DNA of 64,000 nucleotides from Eledone cirrhosa (Eukaryota): assembly GCA_964016885.1 (NCBI GenBank), contig OZ024742.1:112778001-112842000 (forward strand), in the 5' to 3' direction. Made by a program: the position numbers and the translations under genes. The notes beneath the pieces are model-generated. The model made no database searches. It worked only from the letters and a program-made list of their open reading frames with translations, and was not told where the DNA came from. Each line of letters opens with the position of its first letter. Position 1 is the first letter of the stretch. Shown piece by piece: positions 55,787 through 64,000 of the stretch.

Positions 55787-58700
55787 GTGCTCCCTGGCTC
55801 AGCAGGAGGGACCTGGCTGTCATCCAAATACTGCTGGTTTTGGAGGAAGAAGAAGAAGGAAAGAGACAAGAACCAACCGAACGAAAGAATTGGATAGAAC
55901 TGTTATGCAATGTTACCTGAAGTGTAACCCCAAGGAAAAAGGCTATAGGAAACGGATGCATAACATCTGGAACGAGATTGGTCTATTTAAATTAGATGAA
56001 CAAAATTTGGCCGTGCAACTCTATTATCCATCCATTATCTAATGGATGGATAAGCTAGTTGGAACTGAAGGAACTGATTAGAGAGATTGTGTTGGAAATG
56101 GAGAGTGGAGTATGCGAGGCTAACGAACTAGTGGGAAATGAAGGTGAAGAGGTTGAGAGGTCGGAGGAAGCATCTGAAGCAGACAATGATCTGAATGCTG
56201 ACATAAATAACATCCGGAACAAAGATACGGCCATTGAGGAAATGAATGCTGACGGGCTAGGACAAGATTTGGTTGTAATCCTAAACTTAGTGGTAGATGA
56301 AATGAACAATGATAGCGGGACACCTATGAACCTGAGACTTGTAGACAGGAAAAAGTTAAAATAAACAACAGCTAAGATAAACGAAGTCATCTCATACCTT
56401 GAGGTGAGGAACCTTCACTAATGCAACAAAATCCTCAAAGCAACAGTAAATACGCTGAGGAAATTACTTGGCAAAAAAACGAGAGGAAACAACAAATAAC
56501 GAAGATCAAAACCTTGGTGGCAGAAACGACTGAATGGTCAAATCAGGGAAATGAGAAACGACATTGGAAAGCTTGAGTCCCTACTGAATCACTACAAAAA
56601 AATAGACTACTAAAAATAGACTGGAAATAAAGTAGAAAACTAGGAGGAAAAAAGGTAAATATTAAAAGGCAGGCCCAAAAGCTAACCAACTGGAAATCAC
56701 CAGGCCCAGATGGTGGGCAGGGATATTGGTTTAAAAACATAACATCCCTCAACCCGAAACTGACAACCATGATCAATGATTGCTTGATGTCGGGTGAGGT
56801 GCCAGAGTGGTTGACAAACGGTACCACAGTTCTCGTAATGAAACACCGAATCAAGGGTAATGATGTTGCCAACTATAGACCTATCACATGTCTGTCTGTA
56901 ATGTGGAAACTGTTAACAAGCATCGTGTTTGAGGAAATCTTCCATTACTCCACATAAACAACTTATTACCGGACGAACAGAAATACTGCCGAAAGAAGTC
57001 CCGTTGTACAAAGGACCAGTTACTTGTTGATAATATGGTAATAAGGAAGTGCAAGAGGAAACACGCTGGTCTTGCCATGGGATGGATAGACTACAAAAAG
57101 GCATTTGACATGGTACCTCATTCTTGGATAACCAAAAGCCTAGAGATCTTCAAGGTGGCAGATAACATCAGAAAGTTGTTGAGCAAAAGTATGAAGTCCT
57201 GGAAAACAGAGTTAACATCGGCTGTAGAATCCTTGGGAGACGTGAACATCAAGAGAGATATCTTCCAGGGAGATAGTTTGTCCCGTCTGTTGGTTGTCCT
57301 TGTCGTGATACCCCTGACCATTACACTGCGAAACGTGAGAGCAGGATAAAAGTTGGGAAAAGGAGAGCTTACCATCAATCACCTCATCTTCATGGACGAT
57401 CTTAAGCTATTCGGGAACAATGAGAGGGAGTTGGATGTGCTTGTTGACACTGTCCGTATTTTAATCAATGATTTATGTATGCAATTTGGTATTAGTAAGT
57501 GTGAAGTTCTAGTGATGAAGTGGGTAAATTGAGCAGAAGCAATGTAATCCAGGTACCAACGGGCGAGATAATAAAGGAAATTGACACTGAAGAAGGATTC
57601 AAATAATTAGGTGTTCTGGAAGCAGATGACATCAAGAACACACAAATAAAGTAATTGATCAGATCTGAGTAGATTCGGATAGTAAGAAGCATATTAAAAT
57701 CACATCTGAACAGTAGGAATGTCATAAGTGCAGTACATTCCAGAGCTGTGTCTATTATTAGGTACAGTCCGGGAATTCTGAAATGGAATGTTGCTGAACA
57801 AAATGAAAAGGGTAGGAAGAATAGGAAGCTATTGACTATCTACAGCATATTCTACAAGAGGAGTGATGTCGATAGAGTCTACTTAAGGAGATCTGAAGGT
57901 GGAAGATGTCTTATCAGCATAGAGGACTGTGTTCAGATGGATACCTAGACAAATACGTGACTTTCAGTAGGGAGCCAATGCTCAGAATTGTACTGAAGTG
58001 AAGGAGAGGACAATAGACCAGGGGATGTCCAAGGAGGAAATAACAGCAAGGAGGAAGAGCAACCTTTTATGAAAAATACCTTCATTGTACCTTCTGTGAG
58101 TAAAATGAATTTAGTGTGCCACAGACATGGAACTGGTTGAAAAGAGGAGACATTAAAAAGGCTTCATAAGAAATGCTAATTGCTGCGCAAGAGCAGTCCC
58201 TCAAAAAGAAGTGGGTGAAACACCATATTTACAAGGAGGAGGCTAGCCCACTGTGTAGGATCTGTGGAGTGAGAGAGAGGAGGCTGTGGCTCACATTGTA
58301 TCCGAGTGTAAACACCTAGCCCAGACTCACTATAAAGGCTGCAGACATGATGTGATGGGCACATAGATCCACTGGCACCTATGCAAAGTAAACAATCTAC
58401 CACATTCTGAGAAGTGGTATGAGCATAAGCCAGAGTCGGTGATAGTGCAGTGGGATTTTAGGATACAAACGGACAAGAAACTGGCACACAATAGACCTGA
58501 CCAGGTTTTGGACAAGGAAAAACGACCGTGCTTGCTTGTAGATGTAGCCTGCCCATTCGACACGAGAGTGCAAGAGAAGGAGAGGGAGAAAATTAACCGT
58601 TACCAGGTCTTAAAGTGGGAGGTAAAAAGGATTTGGAACTGCCATGAAGTCAAAGTGGTCCAGATAGTGATAGGCGGACTAGCAACTATCTCAAAGAGTT

Positions 58701-58898
58701 TCCAAGGATGGTTAAAGAAAATTAGTCCAGCCCCGCTTATTGGAACACACCAAAAGGCATGCGTATCGGAGGGTTCTTGCTGTTCCCAACAGCAAGAACC
58801 CTCCGATACGTTCTGAATATCTAGGATGCAGGTAGCGGCCTGATATTCATTTCAATAAAATTTCCAGTTGAATAACATCAATGACTGAGACTCATAGA
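55787..58898 (+). mobile_element. Dong/R4 family A, decayed, internal deletion near 56660
   Basis: Collinear with 11182-14605 on the opposite strand. Confidence 0.92.
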
Positions 58899-58999
58899 AC
58901 TATACTAGTAATTATAATACTAATAATTGTTTCTACATTAGGCACAAGGCCAGCAATTACCCAGTACATTACCCAGCAATTACCCAGTACATTACCCCG

Positions 59000-61704
59000 T
59001 CTAATGTTCTAACTGATTCTCCCTCTGCTCTCTTTTTACGCGTTTAGCTTCCAGTAGCCGGGTCCTCGTCTATGAAGCACATCTAAGTTAATCACACAGA
59101 TCACGAATTTGTGGTCCGTGTAGCTGACTATCTTGAATTGTGGACAGCCTATGCTAGACCTATCTATTTCCGTACAACATACTCTATCTAGATATGATCT
59201 GGATGACCCGGTACGATTTGTCCAAGTCCACATTGGCACATTCGGTAAATCCAATCGGTACCGGTCAGAGAGTTCAAAACGCCTGAGCAGGTTGGTGAGG
59301 CTCTTGCACCCTCCTCCCCTATCCGTTAATCCCACACAGTCCAAGCATGCATCTAAGATCCCGTTCCAGTCGCCCACTAAAGAGCGGGATGTTCTAAGAA
59401 AGGTCTCCAGTCGCCGGAAGAAATTAGGCCGCCCTGCTCCTGTCGGGGCATAGACGGCCACTAGCCTGAAAGCTTGCCCGCCTCAACTGGTCACGTCTGG
59501 CACCACCAACTTACCTTCGGGGTCCAGGAAGATGGCCCGTATGGAGAGAGCCAAACATCTCCGAAAAAGCACAGCAACTCCACCCCCCGATCCCGGACGG
59601 CTGGGAGATGCGTACGCATCGTAGCCGCCGAAGATCGGTGCGAAGGCCCGTGCTTCGGAGATTCTGGTCTCGCTGATGGCCACTAGATCTATGTATAGTG
59701 ACCTGAGTCGTTGAGCAGGTGGCTCTGCTTCCATGACAATCCGAAGCCACGCGCATTTATGCTGCCTATTCTGAGTGAGGTCATGTTGAAATGGAGTGGA
59801 AAAGATGGGATAGACCACTTACTTACTTCTCGTAGAGGAAGGATGTTTTGTCCATCCTTGTCACTACAAGTGGCCTCCTCCGGAAGGATGTGCTTATAAA
59901 TCCTCCTGGAGAGTGTTTGTCGGAAGTCTCCGATGTCTTTGGGAATTTTTGTTTTAGTGTCGTGTACGTTTATTGTGTGATGCGAGTGATTTGTATGTGT
60001 GGAGGCGGTGTGATCTTTTGTGTTGTTGTGTAGTCTTTTTCTGTGATGCTGGTGTTGTATTGGATGTAGTTTAATAATTGTTTGTTGTTAAAATTTACTG
60101 ATGTGTAGTGTGTATAGTTTTGGTTGTTTTGTTTGCGCTTGTTGTGGTTTGTTTCTGTTACGCTTTTCGGTGACTGTTGTGGTGTTGATGATCGTGGTGT
60201 TGGGCTTAATGATTGTGATGGTCTTGGTGCTTGTGGTGATGGGGTTGGTGCTGCTGGTGTGGATGGTGGCATATCTGTCCTAACTTTTTTGTTTGATAGT
60301 TTATTTGTTTCCCTCTGTATTTTGTTTTTTTGGGGGGAAGGAAGAGAATATTTTTTCTTTATTGGTTTCTTTTTTTCTTTTTTCCTGACACCGTTTCCCA
60401 CTCCTCGTCATCACAATCTGTCTCCAGTTGATGGTAGTGGAAAATCCTCAACAGATGTTGGTTTTGGTTGTGGCGTGGTGGATGGTGTAGGCGCTGGTGC
60501 TAGTTCTGGCGCGTTGGGTGGTGGAGGTGTTGGTTTTGCTACTGTTGCTGCGGTTGTTGTTGTTACAGTTGCTTCTGTTGTTGCTGCTACAGTTGTTGCT
60601 GCTATTTCTGCTGCTGGTGGCGTTGATAGTTGAGTCACTGGGGTGGGTAAGAGAGGTGGCCTCAAACTTTTAGCCTGAGGGCAGAAAGCCCTTAGGTGGG
60701 ATCCTTCACCACAGACGTCAAACCTAGGCCTTCTGCCCTCGACGATTACGGTGAGGTAGCTGCCGTCAGTGAGGTCTATTACCTCTAGGATCTACTCAAT
60801 GCTTTTATGGTCCGCTTGGATCAGGATCTCCATCCCAGATCCGGACCAGTTCGCCAGCTTTTCTTTCGCTATTTCGGTTATCTTGATGTTGGCCTCCATG
60901 CTGGCGAGGACGGCAGCCATTAGTCAGGGAATTTCGATAGCCGGTGGAACGTGGGTGACACTGATCTTCACGAGTCTCTAGCCAAAATAGCTTGGAACGA
61001 GTGTGTTGTCGTCACTTCTTAATGTCGCCATATAGTGTTTTCTGGCCTCCTCTTGTGTTTCAAATTACACTTCCACGGTTCCATACTTCAGCCCACGTCT
61101 GATGTGGGTTCTTTTTGCCCACACATGTCCCAACGCTTTTTGGATTTGCGACTCGGATGCCCGTTCCACTCGGCGCAATTTTATGTTAATTGTCCGATAA
61201 GACACGGTGCATAAGCGACGATGCTCCATTTTATTAGGTATGGGGGGTTAGGCTGACTCTGTACCCACCTTTCTTTACCATTCTTTTGGCATTTTGTAAT
61301 TCCTCCTGAGTTACCTGGATCGCTTCGCACGTTTTTGCTACTCTCGCAAAAGACAGGGTAGTTTTTTAATTTCATTGTTGTAGTTATCGTTTTTTTGTTA
61401 TTGTTAATTTTAGTTTCAGTTGTGTTGGTGGTGGCGTCAGTGGTGTTCGGTGTGGAAGAGTTCATTTTGGTTGAATTCATTTCGATATCACGACTAAATA
61501 TATTTTTTTCTTTTGTTTCTGTTGTCGCTGTGGTGGTGGTGGTGGTGGGGGTGGCGGCTTTAACACTTGCAATCATTGGTAATGGCGGGAAGTGAATGTC
61601 TGCCTGAGACAAATTTAAAATATTGCTACTGCTTATATTTTTAGTGTTGGCAAACGTAGTAATATTTACAGTCGTGGTGTCGGCCTGAGGTGTTAGTTTG
61701 TGAG
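59000..61704 (-). mobile_element. Tx1 copy 4, ORF1 plus APE region, decayed, both ends lost
   Basis: Reverse-complement match to ~18172-21100. Confidence 0.92.
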
Positions 61705-62912
61705 CGTATTAAAGTCACATCTGAACAGTAGGAATGCCATAAGTGCAGTAAATTCCCGAGCTGTATCTATTATTACGTACAGTGCGGGAATTCTGAAATG
61801 GAATGTTGCGGAACAAAAAATATGGATAGGAAGACTAGGAAGATATTGACTATCTACAACCTGTTCCACAAGAGGAGTGATGTCGATAGACTCTACTTAA
61901 GGAGATCTGAAGGTGGAAGAGGTCTTATCAGCATAGAGGACTGTGTTCAATTGGAGAAAAACAACCTTAACAAAGATACATGGCTAAAATTGAGGAGCAA
62001 ATGCTCAGAACTGTTCTGAAGGAGAGGACAATAGACCAAGGGATGTCCAAGGAAGAAATAACAACAAGGAGAAAGAGCAGCCTTCAGGAAAAATCCCTTC
62101 ATAGTACCTTCTTTGAGAAAACTGAATTCAGAGATCCACAGACATGGAACTGGTTGAGGAGACCTTAAAAAGGCTACTGAAGGAATGTTAATGGCTGTGC
62201 AAGAGCAGGCCCTCAAAACGAAGTGGTTGAAACACCATATTTACAAGGAAGAGGCTAGCCCACTGTGCAGGATCTGTGGATAGAGAGAGAAGACTGTGGC
62301 TCACATTGTATCCGATTGTAAACACCTAGCCCAGACCCACTATAAGGGCTGGAGACATGATGTGATGGGCAGGGTGATCCACTGGCACCTATGCAGAGTA
62401 AACAATTAACCACCTTCTGAGAAGTGGTATGAACATAAGCCAGAGTCGGTGATAAAAAACGATCAGCTGAGAGGGCTGTGGGATTTTAGGATACAGACGG
62501 AGTAGAAACTGGAACACATTAGACCTGACCAGGTGGTTTTGGACAAAGAAAAAAGATCGTACCTCATTGTGGATATGGCCTACCCATTCGACACGAGTGT
62601 GCAAGAGAAGGAGAGGGAGAAAATTAACCGATACCAGGACTTAAAGTGGGTGGTAAAAAGGATTTGGAACTGCCATGAGGTGAGAGTGGTCCCGATTGTC
62701 ATAGGCGAATTAGGTACTATCTCAAAAAGTTTCCATGGATGGTTAAAGAAAATTGGCCCCTTCACGCTTTTTGGAACGCTTCAAAAGGCATGCTTGCTGG
62801 GAACAGCAAGAGCCCTCCGATACGTCCTGAATATATGAGGCTGAAGGTAGTGGCTTGATATTCATTACAACAAACTCTCCAGTTAACGAACATCAATGAC
62901 TGAGACTCAAAG
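61702..62912 (+). mobile_element. Dong/R4 family A 3' part
   Basis: ORF 62533-62838 ending YVLNI* and 3' UTR followed by (TAA)n at 62916-62963. Confidence 0.93.
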
Positions 62913-62915
62913 AAC

Positions 62916-62962
<47 letters not shown>

Positions 62963-62965
<3 letters not shown>

Positions 62966-64000
62966 TGCCCTTGACCATTATGCTGCGAAAAGTGAGAGCA
63001 GGATACAAGTTGGGAAGGGGAGAGCTTACCATCAATCACCTCCTCTTCATGGACGATCTTAAGCTCTTCGGGAAAAGTGAGAAGGAGTTGGATGTGCTTG
63101 TTGACACTGTCCGTATTTTCAGCAGTGATATATGTATGCAGTTTGGTATTGGTAAATGTGGAGTCATTGTGATGAAGAGGGGTAGGTTGAGCAGAAGTAA
63201 CGGGATCCAGATACCAACAGGTGAGATGATAAAGGAAATTGACTCTGAGGAAGGATACAAGTATTTGGGCGTTCTGGAGGCTGATGACATAAAGAACAAA
63301 AAAATGAAGGAATTGTTAAGAACTGAATACATTCGGAGAGTAAGGAGCGTATTGAAGTCACATCTGAACAGCAGAAATGCCATAAGCGCAGTAAATTCCC
63401 GAGCTGTGTCTATTATTAGGTACAGTGCGGGAATTCTGAGATGGAATGTTGCTGAACAGAAAGAAATGGATAGGAAGACTAGGAAGCTATTGACTATCTA
63501 CAACATGTTCCACAAGAGGAGTGATGTCGATAGACTCTACCTAAGGAGATCTGAGGGTGGAAGAGGTCTTATCAGCATAGAGGACTGTGTTCAGATGGAG
63601 AAAAACAACCTATACAAATACGTGACCTATAGTAAGGAGCCAATGCTCAGAGCTGTACTGAACGAGGGGACAGTAGGCCAGGGGATGTCCAGGGAGGAAA
63701 TAACATCAAGGAGGAAGAGCAGCCTTAAGGGAAAACCCCTTCATAGTACCTTCTTTGAGAAAACTGAATTTAGAGATCCACAGACATGGAACTGGTTGAG
63801 AAGAGGAGACCTCAAAAAGGCTACAGAAGGAATGCTAATGGCTGCGCATGAGCAGGCCCTCGAAACGAAGTGGTTGAAGCACCATATCTACAAGGAGGAG
63901 GCCAGCCCACTGTGCAGGACGGTGGAGAGAGAGAGAATACTGTGGCTCACATTGTGTCCGAGTGTAAACACCTAGCCCAGACCCACTATAAGGGCTGGAG
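62963..64000 (+). mobile_element. Dong/R4 family A young copy, 5'-truncated, runs off the window end
   Basis: Begins directly after (TAA)n; ORF 62896-63975 almost identical to the corresponding part of 48432-50105. Confidence 0.95.

Noticed and set aside
58938-58998. Short tandem CCAGCAATTACCCAGTACATTAC duplication
   Set aside because: Local duplication of a SINE 3' end at a rearrangement junction; unremarkable.

Overview
AT-rich, repeat-saturated animal genomic DNA, probably a coleoid cephalopod such as octopus (inferred from the tRNA-derived CORE-type SINE, not proven). No host gene could be supported. Two microsatellite-linked retroelement systems dominate. (1) Two arrays (10.7-33.1 kb and 48.3-64 kb) in which two R4/Dong-clade RLE LINE families and one Tx1/L1-clade APE LINE are stacked in (TTA)n/(TAA)n tracts. 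The Tx1 element is always antiparallel to the Dong elements, and one Tx1 copy (17923-23838) is full length with a single nonsense codon in ORF2. (2) Fold-back Penelope-like (PLE) termini inserted in (TA)n. They carry a type I hammerhead ribozyme with a U3-A8 core in place of C3-G8 and show an 80-nt arm asymmetry in three separate insertions. The remainder is decayed PLE, RTE, Dong and SINE relics plus microsatellites. All alignments and folds were done by eye.
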